Notes under the pieces: generated by a model
The model's database searches: none
Told to the model about the DNA's origin: nothing
The model's input: the letters and a program-made list of their open reading frames with translations, nothing else
Shown: positions 1 to 12,732 of the stretch, piece after piece
Layout of the letters: the number at the start of each line of letters is the position of its first letter
Position numbering within the stretch: the first letter of the stretch is position 1
Program-made: the position numbers and the translations under genes
Origin: Novakomyces olei
Taxonomy: Eukaryota
Assembly (NCBI GenBank): GCA_016906335.1
Contig: JADEYG010000005.1
Location: 124,001-188,000 of the forward strand
Direction of reading: 5' to 3'
DNA: 64,000 bases

Positions 1-2
1 AC

Positions 3-692
3 GGGTACCGTGACCGTTGGGCAGCAGAGCATTTCCTGCAGCCGCGAGCACTACGCAGAGCTCGAGAAATTCGGCAACAGATTACCGATATTATGCGCAA
101 AGCCGAGATGCTGCCCAGCTCTTGCGGACACGACTATGACGTCATTAGAAGGGTACTTTGTACAGGGTATTTTCACCAAGCAGCACGAGTGAAGGGTTTG
201 GGCGAGTATGCGCATCTGCGCACGGGGGTCCCGTGCCATTTGCACCCAACATCGGCGCTTTACGGACTCGGGTTTCTGCCAGAGTACGTTATCTACCACG
301 AACTGACCTACACCAGCCGCGAGTACATGTCCGTAGTGACGTCAGTGGACCCGCGGTGGCTGGCAGAGATGGGCAGTATGTACTACACCATCAGGGAAAA
401 GGGGTCCGGCACGACTCGAGCCGCTCAGGATAAAGTGATTGCAATGGCAATGCAGAGAGATGCAGAGAAGGATAAAGGAGGTATTGAACAAGTGGAGATT
501 GAACAAGTGGAGATTGAACAAGTGGGTCAGAAGGCCGATACCAGTGATGGCAGCAAGTCTTTCGGGGGTAAAGAGTCTAATGTTCCACGTGCCAAAAGCG
601 CAATTATCAGGCCGGGACTTGATCGCGGTCGGGTGGGGAGTAGAACGCCACAGAGACGCGCTGAGACGCCGAGGCGAAGGTACGGAATTTGA
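3..692 (+). CDS. PRP16: 3' part of DEAH-box splicing RNA helicase Prp16/DHX38 (5' truncated by the window)
   Basis: Frame is open from position 3: GYRDRWAAEHFLQPRALRRAREIRQQ...GYFHQAARVKGLGEY...PCHLHPTSALYGLGFLPEYVIYHEL...VTSVDPRWLAEMG, the C-terminal OB-fold region typical of Prp16. Confidence 0.85.
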   Translation, partial: GYRDRWAAEHFLQPRALRRAREIRQQITDIMRKAEMLPSSCGHDYDVIRRVLCTGYFHQAARVKGLGEYAHLRTGVPCHLHPTSALYGLGFLPEYVIYHELTYTSREYMSVVTSVDPRWLAEMGSMYYTIREKGSGTTRAAQDKVIAMAMQRDAEKDKGGIEQVEIEQVEIEQVGQKADTSDGSKSFGGKESNVPRAKSAIIRPGLDRGRVGSRTPQRRAETPRRRYGI

Positions 693-766
693 TTTGATTT
701 GAGCAGGGGGGGAGGTATAGCACCAGAATTGTACAGATAAAGATCAAGGCCGAGTGGGTTTTGGCT

Positions 767-900
767 ATGAATTGCAGTTATTTTATTTTATTTGATTGCA
801 GTTATTTTATATGATTGCAGTTATTTGATTTTATTTGACTCCAGTCATTTGATTTTATTTAATTGCAGTCATTTAATTTTATTTGACTGCAGTTATTGCT
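767..900. repeat. Degenerate AT-rich tandem repeat (TTGCAGTTATTT... units)
   Basis: About 6 imperfect copies of (ga/c)ttgcagtYatt plus T/A runs between the PRP16 and CDC73 3' ends. Confidence 0.7.
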
Positions 901-1166
901 ACTCAAACGACTCGATGCGTACGGCTGAATGAAAAGCGCAAGTGAGCGAACTGTCCATGTTTTGTCTATATAATAAATTTACCCCATTTTGTGATCAAAC
1001 CGAATGGTTTATTCATGATGAGATAGATCTCGCATTAAGGCTTTGCCTTGTAATTAAAATAATACATTGCTTCTATATAATACATTACTTCTAAAGCTCT
1101 TACCAGAATACAACCCTTTTATCAGATGGGTAAGATATTTAAAACAATTTTCCTATTATTCAACTT

Positions 1167-2689
1167 TTAATTGTGCTTTGCAAAAGCCGGCCATAAAGGC
1201 CACTTGTTCTCCATCCAGCGCTCAATTTTGTCCCACACATAACTGGCGACCTCTCTGTCTGTGTGCCGCTTGTACCGCTCAATCCAAATTGGCTGCACGT
1301 TCCACTCTTTCGTTGCTGGATGAGGAGCATCGCCAACGTATTGTGTAAGAAAACCCTGGTAAGTGTGGAAGAGCTTTGCTGGATTGGATTCCCTGTATTC
1401 GCGAAACTGCCACGACTGGCCGGTAGTGAAAATGCATACGACTCGGTCCCTAGTCATTAGATCATATGATTCGGGTTAAAAGAAGGAGGCAAATAGAAAG
1501 ATTATGTATTCGATAAAAGTATCGTAAAAGCACTGTAAAAAAAACTTTGCACTATTAATAGAGAGCGTACCAGTAGTCAGGTTTGAAACGCTCGACACCT
1601 TCCACAACAACAAACCGCACTTCTCCACGACTAGCACTCGGCATTTTATGTGAAAAAGCGATAAATTCGGGTCCGTGTCCCCCGCCAGCTTGAGCCGCGG
1701 CCGTCTCTGGCGGCACAAAGACTCCCTCTGATAAAAAGGCTTTAATATTGTGCATAGTCAAAAGGGAGGATGCTGAAGGCGAGAGAATGATAATAGGATC
1801 CTTGTCTGGGATGTTAGCATGTGGCACAAAGAAATAAATTGATTGATAAAAATCGAATTGATTGATCAAATTTCAATTGATCAAATTTCAATTGATCAAA
1901 ATTTAATTGATCAATTTTGACCTGTAGTACAATCAAAATAGAACAATATAAATGAAACAATGTGACACGGTATGGCCAACAGCCAAAAACACAAATTGCG
2001 ATAAATACTAGGCAAATGTTATATCTCAGCCTTGTAAGTCCAAAAATAAAGCCAGTCGTACTTCTCCGTGATAATTTTTCAGGTGCCTTTTGCACTCGAC
2101 TGGTCTGTGCAGACCTGTGTGCTTGCAAGTACTCGTTGGCGTCCATTCGCACTGAAGCGAAATCTGTCGGTTTCAGTCCGCGAAGAACAGAGTTACGGTT
2201 CTGTAAAACTCGCTCGTTAGCTCGAATCTGACGAATGGCGCTGGACACGCCTGCTCGGGCCGATCGGCCCACTGATTCTTGCTGAGAATTCTGAGGCAAA
2301 TCGTTCACTACATGCTCGCTCGTGTCGGCCCCGCTGAGCCAAGCAATAAGGTCTGTTTTCTCCAAAAAAGTCAAATTTGTAGCCTGCTCAGTCTCACACT
2401 GCTCAATATATTCTGCCACACCAAGATCCCGGCACAGCCAAGCAAAGTAGACTGACTTCAAATCGAGCGGCTGCCGTTGCTGCTCCTCGTCCTGCTGCCT
2501 TTGGAACCGAGTTGGCTCTGCAAGCGCACAAACAGACCCAGAGCCTTTGCCATCCGGTATGAAAAGGTGCGTCGCGTCGCGTAAACGCGAAGCTCTTTCT
2601 TTAGGATCTGAGGATGATAACAAGTGTGGCTCGTTTCCACGAATGAGCGCTGCTCTAAGCGCGTTCAGCGCGTCTGGATCTGTACTCAT
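1167..2689 (-). CDS. CDC73: Paf1 complex subunit Cdc73 (3 exons; introns about 1806-2061 and 1450-1570)
   Basis: MSTDPDALNALR...LTFLEKTDLIAWLSG, then KDPIIILSPSASSLLTMHNIKAFL...FKPDYW|DRVVCIFTTGQSWQF, the Cdc73 C-terminal domain. GT..CTAAY..AG introns restore the frame. Confidence 0.9.
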
Positions 2690-3630
2690 TTCCGCAGTTT
2701 GTTCATAGTTTAGCGTCCCTCGACGCAATTTACTTTGCTTCCATCTAATGAGCTAGGGTTAATATTGTAAATAGAAATTTACTACATCATTAGGGTTAAC
2801 TGGTTTCCTATGTCGATACGAAAAGATTATCAGATGGACAGATATGGATGGATGACGAGGACGGCGTATTCCACGCACATTGTTTGCATGAGACAAGTCT
2901 TGTTTGAGGATTTTATTTTGTTTGGAACTGAGATTTATACTTTTGCTATAACGCCGATATTTCTTCAGCAGGTCGGATTGGTCAGGGAGTGCAATACCGG
3001 GCGGACAATGATAATGGAATAATACGTAAATTTTATTTGCAACCTTTTGCAAACCACAATATAGATACTCAGTGCGTACTCGTACGGGCTGCACGATAAA
3101 ATCGCTATTATTCAAATATTTATACCCTTAAAAGCCAGACCTCTTCCTGTTTAACATTTATCCTTAGCATTGCGATTGCCGTACATCCCGGTCAATCTCT
3201 AACCGTCCTTCAGTTGGAAACACTATACCCTAAACGAAATAAATATTTATTTTCCTGGACTCAGAGAATTTGGAAATAAATAAATAATATGAATGTAGCA
3301 TACATAATATGTCACCAAGCCCAAAGCTACACCTGACCTACCAACTCATAAAGCTCCAACGATAATCTCCCTAAGCCACAAGCCAATAAAACATCTTTAA
3401 TACACCAAAGCACCTCGTTTGATATACCTCTTCCCAAACGACAGGAAGACGCTCTAATGAGCTATAAAACAAAAGTGTATAAATATGTTCAAAAAAGAAA
3501 ATGTAAAAATAATATATAATAATGTAGATAATATAAAGAATAATATATTGTAAGTGGATCAATTTATCCGGCACTGTATATACACACACACATGTACAAC
3601 AATTTTAAGGCGCATAAAAAAACTGTACTC

Positions 3631-5362
3631 CTAAATGTCGTCAAAAAACTCGCGCACAACTTTTCCGAGTCGCTCAGCAGCTCGGCAAGTATCCTCGTCA
3701 GAAGCAGCAGCAAAAGTAAGGCGAAAATAATTGCCTTGTTGCTCGGCAATTTCTGGAATACTGGCAAAATACTTGCCCGGAACAACAAGTACATTATTTT
3801 CCACCATGCGATCAAATATTTCATCAATAAGCTCGAGCAACGGTCTCTGTCCGTAGTGCGCATGATTTTCAACGTTCACTCGTAACCATACAAACATGCC
3901 TCCATCAGGAATGACAAACGAGGCATACCTGTTGGGATTTTCATCTATAAAATCAACATTTATCCAGTCGCCAACCTGTTGCTGCGCAATAATGTTTTTC
4001 GTATTAAATTCCTTGTGTAGTAAAGACACAAGATAATTACGTCGCCGCTCGTACTCTGCTCGAATACCCTGCAGCCAAACAGTCCAGCCGGAAACTCCGT
4101 TAAACCCGTCATTGACCAAAGAATGAACAAGTGCTTGAGCAAAGCCACTGGGGCATTGAGTCTTGGCTTCAGTGAGACGAAGCAGTCTTTCAATAAACAG
4201 GGAATTGCCTGTTATCCACCCTAGTCGAGCTCCGGGAGCAATAATTTTGGAGAACGTATCCAAGCGTAGCACTCTACCATCCGTGTCATACTGTAAAAAT
4301 GAGCCCTGAAGGCTATTTAAGAAGTCAGAGTCATCTGCCCCGGATACAATGGCACCTGTAGTTTTGTTTTCATACGAATTAAATTGCAAAAAATAGTATG
4401 GATCATCTTCAATGATAATGACATCATAGCGCGAACAAATGTCATAAATTTCGCGTCGGCGCTGGCGTAACATAACCGTGCCACACGGGTTTTGGCCAAT
4501 GGGAACAGTGTAAAGCATGTGCGGTCGCCTTCCAGCTTTTGTCTCGTCCCAAGTGGAAAGAACGCGTTCCATATCAGTTGCAGATAAGCCCTGTTCGTCT
4601 AATGCGACAGGTACCACTGTGACGCCGAGCGGTTTTACGCTTTCCAATGCTGTAGGGTAAGAAAATTGCTCAACCAGAATAGAATCGCCCTTCGTAACTA
4701 AAGTATCCAAGACTTTAGAAAAGCCATCAGTATTTCCACTCGTGAGTAGCGTGTCCCATTGTGGACAAGCCGGGCGAAAAGCGAGTTCTGCGAAATCATG
4801 CACGAATTTGGCTGTAAATTAGTATTAACAAAATGGGGAAAAAATATAATAAAAAAAAGAGACTGATAAATAAATAAATAATTAATTAATCAATTAATTA
4901 ATTAAACCAACGTATCTGATCAATGCCTTATTAATACGCGTGTCGCATACCTAGCGGTGCCAATCCCGTGGCCTGACCGTACTGCAACGCGGTTGCGAGA
5001 TCGAGTTCGTTGTGACCATTTTTGGAATACTTGACAAGTTCAATGTGCCTTTCTTTCGGCGTATTTTTATCCAGCCCGTGAGGAGGTAAGACTTGGGCAC
5101 TCAGCTCGTTGAAAGGGAAATTTGCAGGATTAGGCGCACCACCGCCCAGCTAAGCGGAGAATTAATACGGCAAAAAACTTTGAAAACAAAAACAAAAAAA
5201 GAAAAAAGGCAAAAAAAAAAGCAAAAAAAATCTTACTTGAACCATTCCCGGGTGAAGCATATATTTATAGATGGCTTTGAGTGGTGACTCATTGCGCAAT
5301 CGCGCCGTTTCATTTAGGTGATGCGAAAGATCCATATTCAGGTGGTGATGACGACGGTTCAT
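3631..5362 (-). CDS. PLP-dependent aromatic amino acid/2-aminoadipate aminotransferase, Aro8-like (introns about 5150-5236 and 4812-4950; start could be 5335)
   Basis: MDLSHHL...SPLK...LAGGAPNPANFPF...LATALQYG, YTVPIGQNPCG, IIIEDDPYYFLQ, RLDTFSKIIAPGARLGW (PLP-binding Lys). Confidence 0.9.
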
Positions 5363-5437
5363 TGCTCGTGCTCCATTTGTAAGCCATGAGACTTATATGT
5401 AGTTTTGCCTGCAACATGGCTTGTGTATGAAGTAACT

Positions 5438-5498
5438 GATAAGATAGTAGCTCTAAATTGTATGTTACTGATTACTTGCCTATTATAACGGTGATAAG
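5438..5498. promoter_or_regulatory. Two GATAAG elements upstream of the aminotransferase (possible GATA-factor nitrogen regulation)
   Basis: GATAAG at 5438-5443 and 5493-5498, about 75-135 bp upstream of the start. The motif is short, so function is inferred. Confidence 0.35.
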
Positions 5499-5564
5499 TA
5501 ATACTTTGGTTGCTTAATGCGCGCTAAATCATCGAGAATAATTCATTAGGTTTGAATTATTTGT

Positions 5565-5595
<31 letters not shown>

Positions 5596-5655
5596 TTCAT
5601 TCATTCATTTATTCATTCATTCATTCATTCATTCATTCATTCATTTCTTCATTCG
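5565..5655. repeat. Compound microsatellite (TTTA)n-(TTCA)n
   Basis: Directly visible tetranucleotide runs. Confidence 0.9.
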
Positions 5656-5837
5656 TTTATATTTATACATATAATTTTGACTCTTAATTAGTTGTCCTTT
5701 TCTCAATTATATGGTTTTTTGTCTTTTCTAATTTTTCATTTCCATTTCATTTCTCTGTTTCGTCGTCTTTTTATTACACCTTTTCAATAACTAAAATCTA
5801 CATCAACGCTCACGCATTGTATAAGCTCAAGCCGCAC

Positions 5838-8525
5838 TTAACCTGAAAGCTCATGCAGCCTCGCTTCAATACGAGCAAACTCTGGAGTATCAGTGAAGCC
5901 GGCCCGGGAAGCCTTTGCACGCACAGTTCGGCAAATGCTACGCGCCTTGAACTTCCAGTCTTTGGCCACGACTTGACCCTCAAAGCGACCTGGCTTTGGA
6001 CCCAATGATTCGTATGCATCAATCAGGGATTCTGCTGCCTCTGCCATTACCGTCCAACTGGCTGCGTCTGTTTCAATATTAGGGTTAGTGGCACAGCATT
6101 GATAAGCTCTCAAATAAGCGTCCAAGGCAGAGGCATATTTTCCCCGGAAAATATACCATCGGGCAACAATATTCCACAACTTGTAATTATGTGTGATTAA
6201 TGGTGTAACTTTTTCAATCAAAGCACCCACTAATCTGACAAGGTAGGCCTCTGTTTTCGCCTTGTTATTTTCGTTTCCGCTGTCTAACGAAATGCAGTTC
6301 TGGACGAGTAACTGCAATATTTCTTCGTCAACTGCCGATTCGCCTTGTTTATCCTTTTGCAAATCAATAATTCTCCCCATGGCCCGTACTACCTCTTGCC
6401 ATTCTGCCAAGTCTGCAGAAACGAGCAAGTAATTATGCCAAATTCGCCAATTTTCATAGTTTGCCCGGACCGCTTGCTGAAGGGCCCTAAAGGCCCGATC
6501 TTTTAGAGGCGGGTCCCGTCTCAATAATGATGAAGCTAAATTGTTCCAGCTTTCTGCGTCAGTCGGTTCAATGCTAACACTACGGGTAAAAGCCTCCTCG
6601 GCAACGTCCCAGTTGGCTTCAGCCAATGCACAGCAGCCGAGTGAAAACCAGGCAGCATGATTTAATGGATTTATTTGCAGACTCGCGCGATAAGCAGTGA
6701 TTGCCTGCTCAAACTCGCCTTTGCGCATGTGAAATCGGCCTAATGATCTCTGTGCTTTAGCGTAACGTTGCCCAGAGACTTTCCAGGCGTGTTCCCAATG
6801 CCCGGGATCTTGTTCAACATCACCTAAAAGTGCCCATAATTTTGCATTATTCGGTTCAACATCAAGGCGAGCCCTCAAGATTTCTGCTGCCTTGTCCTCA
6901 CGGTTCATACTCGCCCAGCAAAGTGCCACTTGGCTCCACATTTCCAGCCGTTCAAAGATGCCGAGGGCCGATTTTACACTGCCGATAGAGAGATAGTATG
7001 AAGCTAATTCTGCCTCGAGAGACCAGCGAGAGGGTAGCTGCAGGAAATGAGCATACTGCAGCCTTTCTCTCGCGGGCGCCGAGTCTTTAACGCCCGTCGG
7101 ACGAAGAAACGAATGTTGATTCTGTACAGAGATTGATTCACTGTTTTCTTCTAGTTTTGTCTCTTGCTTTTTTTGCTCTTCTTTTCCTTCTAATTTATCT
7201 TTTAAGTTTTCATCTAGTTCTTTTTGTCCCTCCTCCCGGCTCGGTTGGTCCATCTCATCTAGAAACTGGTCTACTAGAGCTTGCAATTGCAGTACGCTGC
7301 GCTCTACTGTACGTCCTCGACTGGCTTCCAGCCGGGTCCGTAATAATAAGGCCATTGTATGAACCATCCAGTTTGTAGGATGCTTCAATACTCGAGTAGC
7401 GTAGGGTGCCATTTCCTCCATTGTGAGTCCATCGTCCGGATTCGTGTTTTTGATGCAACCAGCCAGAGCGAGCAGGACACAGGCATCAAAGGGATCAAGT
7501 ACCGGTGGCTCATTAGGATCCTGGTCACGTAACACAGGATTGACGTCATCAAGAGCAGTAGCGTCCACCAGGTCTCGGCCAAGTTTACTGTCGGGCTGCT
7601 TGTACTCGATACTGTCCAGTAGCGTATCGTCATCCAGGTCAATTGTGGCTGGTGCAGAGGCCGCCGCCACGTTTGTTTCAGAGGCCTGACGAGTACTTGG
7701 GCTCGTCCTTCTTGATTCTGCCAGAACAACGAGCTGGCTAACGTCAAAGGTCTGGAACTTTGTCCGTCGGCCTAATCGGCCAGTCAGGGCCCACATGAAT
7801 CCGTGATGCAGTCCAGCCTGCTCGCACAGGGCGAGTGCACGCTCGTCCTGCCTATACCAAGCGAGACAGAGCCCAAACTCTAATTCGCAATGGGGTAGCA
7901 GGTCGGGATACTCAGATTTAACCAATGCTGTAAAGGCTTCCATATCGCTAAACGCTTGATCGTGCAAGGAGGCCACAGGTTCATCAAGGAGACGTTGGTG
8001 GACAAAACTGCTGCGCGCCCGCCATAGTTTAAAAGTCGGTAAAGGATCTAATTTTGTTGGCGATGCATTTAGCAGTGTACGTGCTAAAAGAACAAGACCC
8101 GGTCGCGATGTTAGTTCATACGGGTCTTCACCGTCCACGCAAAGTAGCAAAAGTGTCTGTTTTGCGTTTAGAGCACGATCGGCGCCAGTTGGAAGAGAGA
8201 GAAAAGGTCCTGTAAAATTTGTTTGCATAAAAGCTTCGACAAGTATAATCGCTAGAGCCAATACATTATCCGCTTGCACTGAATCTTGGCATACCGCCGC
8301 CTTTACACGATCGAGGTACGCTTCGTCGATAGGCACATCGCCAAACTGTGGAAGTATCGCTTGCGCTTCTACACTTTCGAGCACTGTCGCTAGCGGTGTC
8401 TGCTTTTGCAGATACTTTACCAAGCAGAGTTGCGATCCTTGCGGCAAAACCTGTGAGCCCCTATCCGCCTCAGTCGCAATGGCACCATCGACCTCACGAT
8501 CAATGTCCCACCGCGACGCTGGCAT
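5838..8525 (-). CDS. EMW1: TPR-repeat protein of the TTC27/Emw1 family
   Basis: Intronless ~895 aa ORF. Motifs FMQTNFTGP, LTGRLGRRTKFQTFDVSQLVV and NWMVHTMALLLRTRLE..RGRTVERSVLQLQALV, then C-terminal TPRs. First ATG at 8525. Confidence 0.85.
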   Translation of the reverse strand: MPASRWDIDREVDGAIATEADRGSQVLPQGSQLCLVKYLQKQTPLATVLESVEAQAILPQFGDVPIDEAYLDRVKAAVCQDSVQADNVLALAIILVEAFMQTNFTGPFLSLPTGADRALNAKQTLLLLCVDGEDPYELTSRPGLVLLARTLLNASPTKLDPLPTFKLWRARSSFVHQRLLDEPVASLHDQAFSDMEAFTALVKSEYPDLLPHCELEFGLCLAWYRQDERALALCEQAGLHHGFMWALTGRLGRRTKFQTFDVSQLVVLAESRRTSPSTRQASETNVAAASAPATIDLDDDTLLDSIEYKQPDSKLGRDLVDATALDDVNPVLRDQDPNEPPVLDPFDACVLLALAGCIKNTNPDDGLTMEEMAPYATRVLKHPTNWMVHTMALLLRTRLEASRGRTVERSVLQLQALVDQFLDEMDQPSREEGQKELDENLKDKLEGKEEQKKQETKLEENSESISVQNQHSFLRPTGVKDSAPARERLQYAHFLQLPSRWSLEAELASYYLSIGSVKSALGIFERLEMWSQVALCWASMNREDKAAEILRARLDVEPNNAKLWALLGDVEQDPGHWEHAWKVSGQRYAKAQRSLGRFHMRKGEFEQAITAYRASLQINPLNHAAWFSLGCCALAEANWDVAEEAFTRSVSIEPTDAESWNNLASSLLRRDPPLKDRAFRALQQAVRANYENWRIWHNYLLVSADLAEWQEVVRAMGRIIDLQKDKQGESAVDEEILQLLVQNCISLDSGNENNKAKTEAYLVRLVGALIEKVTPLITHNYKLWNIVARWYIFRGKYASALDAYLRAYQCCATNPNIETDAASWTVMAEAAESLIDAYESLGPKPGRFEGQVVAKDWKFKARSICRTVRAKASRAGFTDTPEFARIEARLHELSG

Positions 8526-9446
8526 TGGCACGCGAATAATTGCGAATTGATTCGTTCGTTGGTGACACTGCAGAGTTGGAATTATTTTGGAGTTAATAAT
8601 TTATTTTTTTGTCAATCATTTCTAACATTTCCTCACTCTGCTATAGTTTATTAAAATTAAGCTAATATTGCTGCTATACAAAAAATTCTGCAAAACAGAG
8701 CTGTGAAAGTAATCCTATAGGCAGATATTTTGGCATCGAACTGCCAAAACTGCCAGAAATATTATCAACTAAAAGACAATCAAATCTTTGTCGCCGAGTG
8801 TCACAATCACATCATTGCAAAGAACGCATTGTAACGTATGACGCCATACGTGCCAACTCGTCCATTTTTCAGTTGTACGTTGAAATATGATGGAATACGC
8901 GCGTTAAAGTGTAGATTGAACCTTCATATCCGACTTGATGAATTGATTGAATGTTCAGCCTTGGCCGAAACTTTTTGAACGTTACATTTATTTCTTGCTA
9001 CATTATTTCTACTTTATCTCTGCACTACTTTATTCCTCACCTTTATTTCCATTATCACGTTTGTGGCGTGCCAGACAAATACACTATGCAACACAATATA
9101 GTGCTACTAGTAAAACCATTTAATCTACGTGTAACATTCCTCATTCTCGCCCAGAAATCTATGATGCCGCTTACAGATCTCGCTTAGTTGCGAAGCGAGG
9201 CTGGAAATTAAGCTTTTTGCGCCCTCAGTAAGCCAATGAAAAGCACTTAGAACCAGATTTCCTGCCAAAAAAGCTGGGGCAAAGGCATTTGTAGCAACCC
9301 CGCAGGTGCTGGTCGCGTCTACTGTGCCGGGCAGTGGCTTTGAGCCCATATATAGAGCCGGTCGCTCTTGATTTAAATCGCATCCGCCACTGGACAGTGC
9401 AAGCGTTAGAACTGGAAAAGCCGGGTTCTCGCCGCTCTTTTACAAT

Positions 9447-12059
9447 ATGAACGAGCTCGATGCTTTTACAAATTGGCTGCGCACGAGCGTAATACCCAAA
9501 TTGACTACTCGCAAGGGCTGGCTTGGTGATTATGTAGGTTGAATTTTATTTTATTTTTATTTTATTTTTATTTTTTGTTTTTATTCGTGATCTTCCTTTC
9601 CCAAGGCTGCATGGCTATGAATCCCGATCGTGTTTACCGCATTATCAATGTCAATGTGAATATTGCCCATCTTAACCGCACGGGTCTGGTCGCGGTTCAT
9701 TACTGACGTGCTTTTCGTCATTGATCGTTCACTTTGATCGTTTATAATCATCATTCTATATTTTTGACATCGATCCGGTCTCGATACCACGGTCAGGTGT
9801 CGATGCACACATGTGCCTGGCTCTTGGTCCCGACGTCTCTAATCAATTGATTGGCCCTTGCTTTTGAAGCATTTTTATTGAGTCATTAGCACGTTCTATA
9901 TTTGATTTTGCTTTTAAACACCATCGCTTCTCTTGAGCTCTGACCGTTAGAAATACGTCGATCTCTTTAAACCAGATATCCCATTTATTGCAAAAGCGCA
10001 AAGGCAGCCGCCTTTTTTCGGCGCGAATAGCGATATACCCTTATTTCTTGCTCTTATTCTCGGACTGCAACATGCAATTTCCATCATTGGAGGAATATCT
10101 TTCCCCTCTCGTATAATCGGGGAAGCAGCTCACTTGTCGCAGGCCGACATAACACAAATGGTCTCTGTTGCTTTTATTTGCTCCGGTCTTTTCTCCTTTC
10201 TTGCCATTGTTCGAGTCAGAATTCTCCGCTCTCGTTTCCACTTGGGAACAGGTCTGCTCTCTATTGTTGCCGCCAGTGCTCCCATAATCACTATTGCACC
10301 TTTGCTGGCCAACCAAATGTACGAACGGGGCTATTGCCGAACAGACCCAACAACAGGAACCCGGCTTCCCTGTCGGGAGATGTACGGTGCGATTATAGGC
10401 ACCTCAGCTGTTTGCAGTGTTTTGGAAATAATTCTCTCCTTTGTTCCTGCCTCTATACTTCGGCGTGTATTCCCTCCGGTTGTTAATGGCCCCGTAATAA
10501 CCGTACTTGGCGTCAGCTTACTCTCCTCGTCTATGCAATTATGGGGCGGAGGCAGTGGAGAGTGTTACAATGCAGCTATTGCCCGAGCTATACTAAATGA
10601 ACCCCGGTTGGAAACCAGTCCTTCACTCTGCCCCAACAGCGATGCGCCGAGGGCAATGCCCTGGGGCAGTGCGGCCTTTATTGGACTCGGGTTTTGCGTT
10701 TTTACTACCATCGTGCTGTGCGAACGGTTTGGTAGCTGTTTAATGAAGACGGGCAGTGTGTTTACCGGGCTTCTCGTTGGCATAATCGTATCTGCTGCCA
10801 CTGGGTACTGGGACACTAGCGGTATTGTCAATGCTCCAGCAATCACTTTTAGCTGGGTCAGATCATTTCCATATGATGTTTATGCTCCGCTGCTACTGCC
10901 CATGATTGCTCTTTACTTGATCTCCATGAGCGAAGCTGTGGGGGCCATAAAAGCTACGGTTGAAGTATCCCGGTTGGAGGATAAAGCGGACAGTGCTGAT
11001 GAAAGCGAGAACAGTATTATCCAAGGGTAAGAAGCATACACAGTCACAGACGAATTAAAAAGGACAAAGACAAGAAACAAAGGAAAAACACAAAAGATAA
11101 AGACCAATGAAGACAAATAATCGAATGAAATATTAGGACAAAAAAAACAGGAGCGGAAAAGACCAAAAAATAGCTTTTCCTAAAACTTAAGAAGAGAAAA
11201 AACTAAAAACAGAATCTTACAATCTTCTTAAAAAAAACCAGTACATTGGTTGGAAAAGAATGAGAAAAAAATCAAAATTTAAACTATAAACGTACAAAAC
11301 AAAATGTTAAAAAAAAAAAAAGAAAAAAGAAAGAACTTTTTTTTTGAATTGCACATGATACTCACACATAGTGGTATATTGGGCGACGGTATTTCCAGCT
11401 TGATTGGGGCGCTTATGACGTGTACGCCACTCACAACATTTGCATTGAATAACGGAATTATCGCACAAACTCGATGTGCCAGTCGGCTTACTGGAGTTTT
11501 CTGTTGTTTTTGGTTATTGCTTATGGGCATTATTTCCAAGTTTTCTGCAGTCTTTGTCGCAGTACCGCCAAGCGTAATTGGTGGCATGCAAACCTATTTG
11601 TTTGGTGCCATTACTGTCTCTGGGCTCAAAGTAATCTCTGGGGTTAAGTTTACTCCACGAAACCGGCTTATTATGGCGGCCTGCCTTTCTCTGGGACTTG
11701 CTACCATAATTGTTCCGGAATGGTTTCGTTTTACTGCTGCTTATGAGGGTCAAAATGTTGCTCTTACAGGTCTTGTGGATGCCGTGCATCTTGTTATGCA
11801 GACTGGGTACGCAGTAACGGCCCTTGCCGGCATTATTTTGACGCTTTTGTTCTATGATTTTGCTGAAGAAGATTTTGCTGAAGAAGATTTTGCTGAAGGT
11901 CCCGAAATGCCGTCTAGCCGGGCAGATACTCCAAGGCGGTCTAATTTCTCGTCCTTCGCTTTAGACTCGATTGAAGTTCTTCCAGTTGCTCCGCTGGCGA
12001 CAGAAGCGACGGGTAATTACTCGAAAAAGGAGCCCAATAGTATGAGTTTGGAAGCGTAA
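9447..12059 (+). CDS. Nucleobase-ascorbate transporter (NAT/NCS2, UapA-like purine permease); introns 9534-9950 and 11027-11371
   Basis: Spliced product contains PPFFG...ILGLQHA (TMS1 QH), RRVFPPVVNGP, QGGILGDG and the NAT signature TFALNNGIIAQTRCASR. Confidence 0.88.
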
Positions 12060-12519
12060 AATGATTTCTGATGATTGCAACTTGGAGTCGGGATTGATTG
12101 TTTATTTAATTATTTATATTTGATTTTCTTCATTTATTTTTTTTTTTTTCGTGGATCAGTGTGTTTCAAAAATGTGCATATACCAGGTTCGGCATTCATT
12201 GACAGTGGCACACGGTGGTCCAAAGTGAGTATTGTAGATTTGCAGACATGAGACAGTGTCGTTTATACAGTCTGCTTATGACATACATTTAAAGCTGCGT
12301 ACTGTAATAATACGATTTATATATGTGCTGACACAGATATCGTGCTATATTTTACTAATTCATTATATGATATCAGAATTTGCTGTTGTTGTAGCATGTA
12401 GAAACGTCAAAGTTCGAATTACGTCCTCTATACTGAGTGCTTTTTATGTGATTGCTCTGTTATTTGCTCTTTATTTTTATTTATTTATTTTTTATTTTTC
12501 ATTTTTTGCCCTTTATTTT

Positions 12520-12590
12520 TTAATTTATATTTATATTTATATTTTTATTTTTATTTTTATTTTTATTTTTATTTTTATTTTTATTTTTCC
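12520..12590. repeat. (TTTTTA/TTTATA)n hexamer microsatellite
   Basis: Directly visible. It explains the spurious IF-repeat ORF 12256-12612. Confidence 0.85.
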
Positions 12591-12732
12591 ATGTATATAT
12601 ATATCAATTTAGCAATCTCTATATTGATACATTTACTTTTTTCCTCATTTTTGTCTTTTTGTATATAAAAGCCATACTATTCGTCAATAGCTACGCATCT
12701 AGCGTGAATCACCACCACTCGTTCTTCACGCG

